64,000 nucleotides of DNA from a virus, in the IMG/VR virus record IMGVR_UViG_3300035157_000753, positions 23,201-87,200 of that record; one strand, given 5' to 3'. A program made the translations under genes and the position numbers. The notes beneath the pieces are model-generated. The model had not been told where the DNA came from. It saw nothing but the letters and a program-made list of their open reading frames with translations, and did not search any database. This document shows, one piece after another, positions 11,401 to 19,872 of this stretch; the stretch's first letter is position 1; each line of letters opens with the position of its first letter.

Positions 11401-14400
11401 CACCAACATAGGTATGAGCAGCACTACCAGACATACCAGTATCTAAAGTCTTTATCTCATCTCCAATCTGATCTAATTGGAAGCTAGAAGTATATGATGC
11501 ACGATCATAGTACATTACCAAAGCACTAGAACCTAATTGAGGTGCAGTAGAGAATGTTATAACATCACTAGCAAAAGTATAATTATTTGGATTCTGAACA
11601 ATACCATCAATTATAACTAAGAACTGTGATTTAACAGATGTCTTGTTAATCTTGGTACTAACTGCTGTATTATCAACTCTTGTTGAGAACTGAGTATTAA
11701 CTCCATCAATTCCTACTGTGAATCTATTAATAGCAGCAGTAGATCCAACATTAACAGTAAATGTATCAGTAGTTTCTGCTATAATGTTCAATATCTTTCC
11801 ACCATGACCTATTGGATCTGTTGATCTTGGATATGTGTGGTTAGTTGCATTGTTATCCATTAAACAAGTTAATGTCAATGCATCATCAGCAATAGTGATT
11901 GTATTAGCAGTAGTTAATCCATGTCCAGCACTATGAATTACTAAATTACCATCTGCAGGAGTATATACAACATTTGTTGGGTTAAAGGAACTTCCATTAT
12001 TTGCTTCAATACCATCTGTCTTACAAGAAACAAATGTATGTGTACCTACACTGAGTGAGGATAGTACAACTGTACTACCTCCAAGAGAAGGTTTCAAAGA
12101 TATTGTATTAGCATCAATAACATCAACGTAATATACAGTTCCTGTTGTCAATCCACCAATATCACCTTTAAAGGTAACAGTTTGATTCTCAATCAATCCA
12201 TGATTAGTTAATGTAATTCTATTATTACTTAAATCAACTACACTAGAAGATGCTCCATCAAAGACGATATCTCTAGTTGTAATATCATCAACCTTATATG
12301 AGACACAAGTTAAGATCTTCTGAATATCTAACAACTGTCTACCGAATACTTGAACCTCTGTAGGAACAGCAGCTGTATAATCTGGTTTACCAAGAGCAAA
12401 GTTATTAATAGTTGCCAACTTACCAGTATTCTTAGCAGATGGTTTTGGTGTTACAAATGTAAGACCATTAAAGGTTGAATTAAGACTATTAGTACCAGGA
12501 ACCCACCAATCTGTTGAACTAGTGGTAAGTAAATCAAGAGTAGGTTTACCCCTATAAGATTTCTTAGATGCCTGTGATAGTATCTGTGTACCAACAACTT
12601 TTAACCCTGCAGGGTGAGCAGCAAATTTAAGTGGATTCTTCCAATCTTTAATATTAATAGGTGAAGATATCTCATATGAGAATTCTTGGAACCTATCACT
12701 ATCATATAATCTCTGTTCGTTAATATCTAAGAATCCAGTAGTACGTTCCCACTTAGAAGATGATATACTAATTGGAGAAACTTCAAATACAGCATCTGCT
12801 CTATCAAACGCATGAATCGAACCAAATGATGAAGATTCCTCACCAAATATAGGTTGACCAACTTTAAACTCACCTTCACTAATTTCTACACTAACAACAC
12901 GTCCAGCAGGATCCCAATTCTTAACATATCCAAATGCAGTATATGAAGCTGTAGATGCACCCTGATAAACTCTTTCTCCAACTAAGAATGTTGCAGGTCT
13001 CATATATGCAGTAATAGTATCACCAAGATCAGTAGTATCTAATGTAAAGGTTGTTAATCCATTAGCATCTCCAACTGGAGCAGAAGTGAATGTAATTGTT
13101 GTTGGACTGTTCGCAAGTGCATTTGCTTCAGATGTTGCTAATCTAACTTGATTATCTGCCAATCCATTTGAACCATTAGAAGCAACAACATAATATGTTG
13201 TATTAATTGCCAATGGAGCTGGGAAAGTACCAACTACTTCATTTAAGGTTACTGCAGTACCTGTTGGTATCTTTGTATTGTATGGGAAGTTTAAAGTACT
13301 ATTAGACATCAATGCAACCCAGTTATGAGTTACTCTTGCATTTACAATTGGAGCAGATAAGAATCCTCTACCTCCATTTCTAACCTCTACCGATTGTATA
13401 ACTTCATTCTCAACAATCGCTTCTAATTGATAAAGTGACCCACTTCCACCAGTAAGAACAATTGTTGGTTGTGATACAAAATTAGATCCACCATTAGTAA
13501 CATCAATATAATCAATAACCTGAGTTCTTGTTAATTGAAGATTATAGGTTGTATTTAATTCTGGTTTTAGAGTTCTATCATGACTATAGTTAAATGTAAT
13601 ATTATCTCCACCAATCTTTAATATCTTACCCAAATCGGAAGATTTAAGTAATAAAGAAGCACCCTTTCCTGTTTTCTGTGTAATATTAACTACAGGAGCA
13701 TTCTGATATAATGTTCCACCATCTTCAATATTAATAGCAGAAACACCTTCATTTACAATACTTGAATTGAACTTAGCGTTGATTCCACTACCACCACTAA
13801 CATCTACATTTGGTGCTGATAGATAACCAGATCCAGTATTGGTTACTGTAATAGCATCAATAGATGCATTTAACACACAATTGGTAATCGCTGGATCAAG
13901 ATGTGTAAGTTTATCAACTGTCACAGTAGCATCATGAGTAACATCAGTACCACCCATTGATGCACCAGAAATTGTAATAACGTCACCTAGTGCATATGTA
14001 CTACCACCATCAGTAACGGTAATACTTTCAATAGTTCCTGCACCATTAACAACTACTGTAAACTCAACACCAGTTCCCCCAGTAGGAGCAACACTCTTCT
14101 GAGCAACACCAGTATATGATCCAGTTGTATAATTGGTACTAGACTGTGTAGTAATTGCTACAGTGTTTACTAGTCCATATGTGGGATCATCAAGATCAAT
14201 AGTAGGAGCAGCTCTATAATTAGATCCTGCTGCAATAATATTAACAGATTCTAATTTACCAACATTTGGACCTGAGCTGGGAATAATGGCCTGGACGTTA
14301 GCATGAATTCCACCCACAGTTGTGACCTTACCTTCAGCATCAGAACTATAAACCTTACCTCTAGCATTGTTAGATGTATATGGAGTGTACATGATCCACC

Positions 14401-17400
14401 CTCTAGTTGCTGCACTAAAGTTCCCAGCTCCATCTTTTAGATTATTTCGCAGAGGTTGAATTCTCAATATGGAAGTTGTTGGATCCCAACTAATAACTTT
14501 ACCTCTAGCAGTTTGAGCACCTAGAACTGGTTCTGATATAACAATTTCATCTTTAGCAAACGAACCACTACCTAATACTTCAGTTAGAGTTAAATCTACA
14601 AAATCTGGTAAAGTTACATATGCTACTGGAGCAGATGCAGGATTATAACCAGATCCCATGTTAGCAATAGTAACACCAGATACTGAACCAGAAATAGTAG
14701 CAACTGCAGTTGCACCAGATCCAGATCTAGTAGATCCAGTTAATTTTGGAAGAGATGAGTAGTTTCTTCCCGAATCACCGATAGAAATTTTTCCAATACC
14801 GCCTGTTGGGTATATTGAAGTTGTAACATAAGTAATACCACTTGTATATCCACTTTCAGGTTCTTTTCCACAAATATAAGTGAAATTGAGATCAGTTACA
14901 TCTTTTACAATATTTGTGCCCGATAAAGGCTCATTCATAACTGTAAGGTAACTTCCAGCAATAGTTCCTTGAATATCGAAGTAATAGAAGATTCCAGGAA
15001 GATCTGTCATCAATATAGTGATAGAAGTCTGTTGACCCGTTTGTGCATTCTTTGTTTCCGCAGATATGTTCTTATAAGTGAAAATATCGGTATTTGCGGG
15101 ATCTAGAGTAAATGCAAGTGTTTTTCCAACATTACTTGCATCTGAAGTGTCAAATGTGTAAGAATGCCCGTCAATCAACTCTAACTTGGGTTCTTGGACA
15201 TAAACATCAGCAGAAGTGACTGTAGCGGCAGCTGTAGACCCATGATTGCGTTTTACAGTGAATCTACGAAGAGTTTCCGTTCTAATTACTTCATAATCAG
15301 TTTTATCGTATGCAGATGGAGAAACTCCTGAAATATTAACAGTATCGCCTATTGCAACTTGATGAGCAAGATTTGTATGACATACTGCCTCTCTTAGAGT
15401 CTCAGTTAATGTAATACTGAAACTAGACCCTCCACCATTACCTAAGTTCTGATCACTAGCAGAAATAGTATCTCCAACATTATATGCAGTACCAAAGTCT
15501 GTAATTGTAACTGTGGTGATTGCACCGCCAGAAACGACTATAGTTGCCTTTCCGTTTCTACCACTATTATTAGTAGTTAATGGAACGTCATTATAAGTTC
15601 CATTTGTATATCCAGATCCACCAGTAATACCTGACCATCCACCTTGGACTAAATTACCGTCTGTACGAGTTCTTACGTAAGTCCAAGTCAATGTACCATC
15701 AGATGCTGTCCCTGATAAATGAGTAGGAGCATTTCCTGCACCAGAATCAGATGTACCAGCTGCAGCAGCCTTATAAACTCTATTTGAAACATAAACAAGA
15801 TCATTTTTAGCATATGCAGTACTATTAGTCCAAGGACCAATTAACTTCATGCTTACTAGGTCAAAATACTCAAAATGGTACTTATTATTGATAATTTTAG
15901 TATTAAGAGATCTTGTAGCTGAATTATCAGAAATAGAAACAGTAAGTTGATCATCACCAACCAAATAATGCTTATCTGAAGTTGTTAAAGTCGCAGTAAC
16001 AACATCATCGTCATCTACAGCATAATTTAAGGAAGAAACAACTGCACCACTAACTGCAGAGACAGATGCACTAACACCTTCTCCTCCAGAGGTACTATTA
16101 TCAAATAATAGTCGATCATTAACCTTATAACCAGTACCACCACCTTCTATAAGGTATTCATTGATATTAGAAGAAGAATATTGGTTAGTAGAGGTAACTG
16201 TTAGTGATTCTGCTATTCCACCACGAATTACTGGATAATAACTGAAATATCCAATACCATCTTCAACATATTGAAGAATTTCTCCAGTTTCAAGTGTAAT
16301 AAGAGTTGTAGTGTCTTCTAGTGCTAAAACGAAGTCAACTTTGTTATCAAGTTGCTTTCTCTTAGTGGTTATGTTGTCAGTTCCGATATATGGTGCTTTA
16401 TACCTAATTGCGTCTTCTGTAAAGTTTTTCTGAAGACCATTTCCGTCCCAGTTGACTTCATCCGCTTCTGAGTAGAAATTTGGTCCTACAAAATATGGAA
16501 ATTTCGGATTTCCACTGATTCCATCAATTGTACAGAAATATGCATAAACTCCATCTGGAAATTCTGGAGTTACGCAGAATCTACCATTATATTGGTCTAA
16601 ACCGCCTAATCCCTCTACATATTCATAATCTTCGATAAAGGTTCCCATAGGGTCGCTTAGACCGCTTAGAAGAGCATCCCTAGTTGTCTTCAATCGGTAG
16701 CTTGTACCAGGTTGCTTATATGAATTGTATGGATTCTGATTTTCAGGATCTTCATACCCATAAGGTCCATATATGGGGTGTCCATCGTATGCCCAACCTA
16801 TAATCGGTGAATGTTTAGTTGGAGTTAGCTCTTTCCATGGTGGATTATTAGGATCCGTGTCAGGTTCAATATTATCAGCTAAGTAATACCTAAGATTCTT
16901 AGGATTATACAAATATCCATACTCTCCACCATATATTCCAATATTCTCACCTACCATCACTGCTCCACTAGCCTGATCAGTCACTTTCCTTGCATTGAAG
17001 TTTACTTGACCAACTTCTGTAGCAGTTGCTGATTCGTTATAGGTTAATTCTGTTAATTTGGTTGTAAATGAAGCACCAGTTCCAGGATATACAATACTAA
17101 TGCTTGTATTACCTATAGTGTATCCAATTCCTTTATTTGTTACGACAATACCAGTAACAATGTTCTGTGATAAGTCTACTTGAGCAAATGCAGTAGCACC
17201 AACTCCATCTCCAGTGATAACAACGTCTGGAGCACCAAAATACCCACTACCACCAAAAGTTACGATAGCACTCTCTATCTTTCCATTCAAGATTGATGGA
17301 TAAGCAACAGCACCACTACCAGAGATCAATTTAATAATCGGTTCGTATGTATACTGCGATCCAGCATTAGTAATAGTAATATCCTTAAGAGGTCCACGTA

Positions 17401-19864
17401 CAACAGCAGTTGCAGTTGCTCCTGCACCGTTACCACCAGTAATTGTAATAGTTGGTAATCCAGCAGCCTGTGTATATCCACTTCCAGATCCAGTAACTGT
17501 GATTCCAGTAACCTTACCATCAGTTATCTGTGCAACAGCAGTTGCCTGTGTATTATTAGATGCACCACCTCCACTAATAGAGACACTTGGTTCACTTGTA
17601 TATCCACCACCTCCATTCGTAACGTTAATAGCAATAACTCTACCATCTACCTCTGAAGTTGCAGCTGCAGCAAGACCTAAGTAGGTCCATTCAACAGTTC
17701 CTAGAGTTACATCACCAGATGTATGTGTAGGGTACAATGTATTACTACTTTGACCTACATTCTTAGATTGATATCTTTTTCCATTCCATTTAACAATTAT
17801 TCCACTAGCATAGGTAGTTGCAAGCTTATAATCTGGTTCAAACTCAACTGTAGGTGGGTTTTGAATATCATATCCATCTCCACCTGAATTTTTAATAACT
17901 GACTTCAATCCACCATATTTTTTAGTAGCACTTCCCTTATATGAGAACAAAGGAACACCATTAGTACCAATTCCAACCTGACCTATAGGAGTTGGAGTTT
18001 TTGTACTCTTAGTAGATGTTGTTAGTGGTATTCTTTTAAGATATCTCTGGTTTCCTGGATCTACATCACCTGCTGCAAAAGGTCCAATCTTATGTGATGG
18101 TATACCTGTACTAGCTATAATACAATCTGTTGATGACTTGTAGGTATTACTGGTATCTGCAATAAACTTAGAAATTGTAGCATTGTAAGAGTAGTCAGAT
18201 GATCCATATGCAAATTCTCTAGCAATAAAGAATTCCTTACCTGCTAATATCGGAGCAGCAGGAGTTGATGAAAGAATAAACTCAAAAACAAAATCATCAA
18301 CAATACCAATTACATCATGTTGGTTATTGTAGATATCTTCCTCAGCATTAAGGATTCTAACCTTATCATCTCTTCTTAATTGATGCTTCTCTTTTGTTGT
18401 AACAGTTACTCTAACAGAACCATTAGGATTGGGTGTTCCTAGGGTTGCTGTAACCCCTCTAAGTGCCCTTCTGACGTTATATAAGAAAGAACTCCATATT
18501 GGGTCAAGACTATCGAAACCAGGTGCTAGAGGGGTCGTAACCTTACTCTGTGGAAGGTAATACTTACCACCCTTTGCTATATTAACACCTCTGGTTCCAC
18601 CATAGACCTTTAATTGAATTTCAGACCCATCTACGTTGCTTTTACCGTAAATCTTGTATGCAGCAAAAACTTCTTGCCCTGCATCGTGTGCTACATTGAG
18701 TGTATTCTCTCTAGCACGATTACAACCTAAAAATTGGTTAACTGTCTTATCTTGATATGTAATAATTTCATCTTCAATCCTAAATCGACCATTTTTCTCT
18801 GGCCAACCTAATGTAGAATCAACAGTAATGATATTATCACTTAAATCACCAGTTAAGTCCGCAGCAAGAATTGATTTGTAAGGAGTTACAAAAGTTCCAA
18901 GTGAATTATTGGTATCTACATCAATTTCAAAGATTGAACCAGTTTGAGTGAATACTTCAACAACACCTTTAACGTATATACGTGCTGTATCAACATTTGG
19001 ATCAGTTGTATCTGCTTCTTGATATAAAACTTCCCCAACAAGCTCAGTTGGGTCTCCTGTTATAGCAACACAACGAATTACTTCCCTAGAAGTGTAATAT
19101 GCGTCAGATGGTTTGAAAATTCTATCTCTTGGATAGGAAACTTCCGATTCTACACCAAAAATTGTTCTTAAAACGAATTGGAACGATCTTGTAGACCCTT
19201 TAGAAGCATAAAAGTCCTTAATTCGCTTAATTACGGTACTTTCAGTGATTCCAGTGTAAAAATTCTTCGGATAAGTGGATAAAAGCAGTTCTTTGAACTG
19301 TCCCAACATGAAAAGTGGGAAAAGGTTGTTCAAATTAACAACTTTTGACCCAATAACGTGTTCTGCAGCAATTGTTGATGAAAAAACGAATTCTCCTGCA
19401 TCTCCAAGTGCTTTTACAGCATCAAAACCTCTTTCACAACTGTTAAAGAGGGTTGCACCCTTACTTTGGTAGTAAATTATCTCATCATCTATTAAAAGTA
19501 GTCCTTCATCGGGAAAATCACGAGTTGAAGTAACGTCAATAGTAGAAGAAGAGGTAGTTACCGTTGAAATTGTCGTTGTTTCAGTAACTAAGTTCCCATA
19601 ATTGTCAAGATTGTAATAATCAGCCCAATTATTGATTATATCTAAGCAATATCCCTTTAATTCTTGTGATTTATAGTATGCTCTAACGAATTCTATGAAT
19701 GTAGGAAAGCTCTGCTGTACAAAACTGGCAAATTGACCAGTAATGCTGTCAGATAACTGCGATCTAGATTCAGGACTTACTTCCGATGGAACTGGTGGTG
19801 CCGATACCGTTGTGGTCGGAGTGGTCCACGACCCTACTTTCCAGGATGAATTCGATTGAGCCAT
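5474..19864 (-). CDS. gp7: Giant baseplate wedge initiator gp7 with YHYH-like domain and many repeats
   Basis: 4796 aa; N-terminal FIEFVRAYY and IKRIKDFYASKGS, DSDRFQEFSYEI..AHPAG motif, HSPIIGWAYDGHPIYGPYG; lies between gp6 and gp8. Confidence 0.9.
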   Translation of the reverse strand: MAQSNSSWKVGSWTTPTTTVSAPPVPSEVSPESRSQLSDSITGQFASFVQQSFPTFIEFVRAYYKSQELKGYCLDIINNWADYYNLDNYGNLVTETTTISTVTTSSSTIDVTSTRDFPDEGLLLIDDEIIYYQSKGATLFNSCERGFDAVKALGDAGEFVFSSTIAAEHVIGSKVVNLNNLFPLFMLGQFKELLLSTYPKNFYTGITESTVIKRIKDFYASKGSTRSFQFVLRTIFGVESEVSYPRDRIFKPSDAYYTSREVIRCVAITGDPTELVGEVLYQEADTTDPNVDTARIYVKGVVEVFTQTGSIFEIDVDTNNSLGTFVTPYKSILAADLTGDLSDNIITVDSTLGWPEKNGRFRIEDEIITYQDKTVNQFLGCNRARENTLNVAHDAGQEVFAAYKIYGKSNVDGSEIQLKVYGGTRGVNIAKGGKYYLPQSKVTTPLAPGFDSLDPIWSSFLYNVRRALRGVTATLGTPNPNGSVRVTVTTKEKHQLRRDDKVRILNAEEDIYNNQHDVIGIVDDFVFEFILSSTPAAPILAGKEFFIAREFAYGSSDYSYNATISKFIADTSNTYKSSTDCIIASTGIPSHKIGPFAAGDVDPGNQRYLKRIPLTTSTKSTKTPTPIGQVGIGTNGVPLFSYKGSATKKYGGLKSVIKNSGGDGYDIQNPPTVEFEPDYKLATTYASGIIVKWNGKRYQSKNVGQSSNTLYPTHTSGDVTLGTVEWTYLGLAAAATSEVDGRVIAINVTNGGGGYTSEPSVSISGGGASNNTQATAVAQITDGKVTGITVTGSGSGYTQAAGLPTITITGGNGAGATATAVVRGPLKDITITNAGSQYTYEPIIKLISGSGAVAYPSILNGKIESAIVTFGGSGYFGAPDVVITGDGVGATAFAQVDLSQNIVTGIVVTNKGIGYTIGNTSISIVYPGTGASFTTKLTELTYNESATATEVGQVNFNARKVTDQASGAVMVGENIGIYGGEYGYLYNPKNLRYYLADNIEPDTDPNNPPWKELTPTKHSPIIGWAYDGHPIYGPYGYEDPENQNPYNSYKQPGTSYRLKTTRDALLSGLSDPMGTFIEDYEYVEGLGGLDQYNGRFCVTPEFPDGVYAYFCTIDGISGNPKFPYFVGPNFYSEADEVNWDGNGLQKNFTEDAIRYKAPYIGTDNITTKRKQLDNKVDFVLALEDTTTLITLETGEILQYVEDGIGYFSYYPVIRGGIAESLTVTSTNQYSSSNINEYLIEGGGTGYKVNDRLLFDNSTSGGEGVSASVSAVSGAVVSSLNYAVDDDDVVTATLTTSDKHYLVGDDQLTVSISDNSATRSLNTKIINNKYHFEYFDLVSMKLIGPWTNSTAYAKNDLVYVSNRVYKAAAAGTSDSGAGNAPTHLSGTASDGTLTWTYVRTRTDGNLVQGGWSGITGGSGYTNGTYNDVPLTTNNSGRNGKATIVVSGGAITTVTITDFGTAYNVGDTISASDQNLGNGGGSSFSITLTETLREAVCHTNLAHQVAIGDTVNISGVSPSAYDKTDYEVIRTETLRRFTVKRNHGSTAAATVTSADVYVQEPKLELIDGHSYTFDTSDASNVGKTLAFTLDPANTDIFTYKNISAETKNAQTGQQTSITILMTDLPGIFYYFDIQGTIAGSYLTVMNEPLSGTNIVKDVTDLNFTYICGKEPESGYTSGITYVTTSIYPTGGIGKISIGDSGRNYSSLPKLTGSTRSGSGATAVATISGSVSGVTIANMGSGYNPASAPVAYVTLPDFVDLTLTEVLGSGSFAKDEIVISEPVLGAQTARGKVISWDPTTSILRIQPLRNNLKDGAGNFSAATRGWIMYTPYTSNNARGKVYSSDAEGKVTTVGGIHANVQAIIPSSGPNVGKLESVNIIAAGSNYRAAPTIDLDDPTYGLVNTVAITTQSSTNYTTGSYTGVAQKSVAPTGGTGVEFTVVVNGAGTIESITVTDGGSTYALGDVITISGASMGGTDVTHDATVTVDKLTHLDPAITNCVLNASIDAITVTNTGSGYLSAPNVDVSGGSGINAKFNSSIVNEGVSAINIEDGGTLYQNAPVVNITQKTGKGASLLLKSSDLGKILKIGGDNITFNYSHDRTLKPELNTTYNLQLTRTQVIDYIDVTNGGSNFVSQPTIVLTGGSGSLYQLEAIVENEVIQSVEVRNGGRGFLSAPIVNARVTHNWVALMSNSTLNFPYNTKIPTGTAVTLNEVVGTFPAPLAINTTYYVVASNGSNGLADNQVRLATSEANALANSPTTITFTSAPVGDANGLTTFTLDTTDLGDTITAYMRPATFLVGERVYQGASTASYTAFGYVKNWDPAGRVVSVEISEGEFKVGQPIFGEESSSFGSIHAFDRADAVFEVSPISISSSKWERTTGFLDINEQRLYDSDRFQEFSYEISSPINIKDWKNPLKFAAHPAGLKVVGTQILSQASKKSYRGKPTLDLLTTSSTDWWVPGTNSLNSTFNGLTFVTPKPSAKNTGKLATINNFALGKPDYTAAVPTEVQVFGRQLLDIQKILTCVSYKVDDITTRDIVFDGASSSVVDLSNNRITLTNHGLIENQTVTFKGDIGGLTTGTVYYVDVIDANTISLKPSLGGSTVVLSSLSVGTHTFVSCKTDGIEANNGSSFNPTNVVYTPADGNLVIHSAGHGLTTANTITIADDALTLTCLMDNNATNHTYPRSTDPIGHGGKILNIIAETTDTFTVNVGSTAAINRFTVGIDGVNTQFSTRVDNTAVSTKINKTSVKSQFLVIIDGIVQNPNNYTFASDVITFSTAPQLGSSALVMYYDRASYTSSFQLDQIGDEIKTLDTGMSGSAAHTYVGGTVTNAVTVVSDSNTQKNVTDAAYTPATGLLELTIGSHSYTTSDTIQIADSSLKFTCAADNHASTHAYPRPSDEAFGATLAITAETATTITVQVNTNLSPVRDTPDGLTAGTGYADGTYTNIPLFNKIGTGVGATGDIVVVDGGVKNVVLNNPGNGYTENDILGISPIGKPLTNSYVPSAAAYTPSTGVLQLTVGEHTLTAPTTTTVTDADYNPTTGIMTVTVVAHGLKAGDQVKFADGSLKLSCAFGGASGAAAQKDYPRSTDYASDRWLEVSNITTNTFDVTVLDTIPSTNTDAHSFVSAVASGLSIATSTVKFSNNSLNFTCTHGGGVHSYPRSSDPISGKNVPVDAITSTTFTVNALNGTAATNTTTHTFDSLATYQYQPSYCDYDATTGIMEVWATAHGLSNGDFVQFATDGLTFKCSRDGYATNHTYPRSTDPAAGNWLNVFEVSTNNFKVNIGQAVEKAMTPTSATFNASTGALSMSVDNHGLTAATSHTATDAAFNTSTGIVTITVTGHGFEAGDKVKLKDGAITMSCTHGGGGQSAYPRSTDPISGKWITIRAVTTDTFDIQCLDDTPCTNTTTHAFVSGLADGILYATSFVSIDDDALTFTCSMDDDFSRHSYPAAGDRSSKAVLGVESVTSDTFTVDVGASPEVAFTPTAATYTATTGDLQLTIGSHSLEVGNSINIDVNSLMFRCHMENDGTLASGNLTSLGATLHNYPRVTDPAAKTNQYITATTGTTITVNVGPSPTVNYQPTGAALNLANGDLDLTVGGHKFRGYDTFTPTDIAYDPATGIATLTIKGHTINKGDFVQIAKESLTFTCTAGAGNHSYPRVTDPAYRSWLQVIDVTNDTILLNFYVATGATGQAHTFVSASDNCVQRKGDTIKLADGGIVMSCDNGGVSNQSYPRTDTISYTPTDADYDPATGIMTITHGGGAGAFVNGDQVKFDDSAIVFTCTQGGGTHAYPRATDPASGRWLTIWDADNTTFKVQVLDSIPSTNVTVHTFDSAVSNGMKKKKDWAYDRPIPIKSVGYTSHAVSNATYAPGTGVLTATVAGHGFSNGDYVKVNQGALKFTCNKDSNATVKSYPTLEDPNYDEWMLVSNVTTDTFDINVGVAGPNGQHAHTFVPEGKLTPTVAAYDPLTGVFTITINNHGFVAGDEIKIDDDTFKFTCNEDFHTSFHNYPRSTDPISGQWVKIYNVTTNTFDIQVLNSVPSTNTTAHTFISAVSNSITRSAVKKQTGVITINTNNRDSAITHQYAHSFVSAGATAVIAGGNYTHTFIQATANAIRSGGNHTHTFVNATPGSVKTGFAHQFVSANANSVTRSLVQSGGYEYDRLADAGRLIRENLDFIATTAYGRMMATNSTFVVPSFVKCIRDTKLIAQAIANNIEFGGNDSTYDAAKYYVGTVHLQGEEDQTVLVFNHARDICREVMRNISVTTNSYTEGAQYRDLTITNDSGNATYDTNDCTDVASAITTLTAIVTQAVGTTSGGAGNLTGITRTSSSNPEFQVEVGTVAFDGTDKIFSAKVAGSNYALPASDNFLIFLNSILQIKGSTEAYTYTGSTISFTEAPTSGMDFYGFYFGKLQLLDTIAPFFDNARQTFVMTLNSEPFSLQSDNTSVEPANNVMIFINGVFQEPGVAYQLNGSIIEFFEAPRAGSTCSLYIYVGSAEDIFISNTFNSLDANDRIMVKSEGEDRLLATVSSATSIDTYEYTGLRPTVANFECTINNGKVNTVSILDGGSNYEVPPILYFQGGSGTGASAETVIQSGSGRVTSVVNLNGGAGYLTPPTVFAVHPLHVERKSRQRLISNTLALANTYLSTAISAVDTTLTCKNIYFDVSQNIGFPDEGEVLIPYWDASKGSWTCERILYGSKNTTANTLTVATGGRGYGGTTASAISIQTGTYSSSGTVCTVTTSAAHNLITGMSIYLDHTSGDGFDGAYKVTVTAVDTFTVEYPFSRTASGNVSLLPEVRLRSL
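7440..12000 (-). repeat. About 13 copies of a ~90-100 aa repeat (Y.P.TG..HG..GD.V..FTC..H.YPR.TDP..TF.V..H.FVS) in gp7
   Basis: 13 C..YP(R)xxD cores counted in the translation. Confidence 0.85.
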
Positions 19865-19872
19865 GCGTTTTA

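Noticed and set aside
5474-19864. Intein or intron explanation for the size of gp7
   Set aside because: No splicing or homing-endonuclease motifs seen; the length is explained by structural repeats
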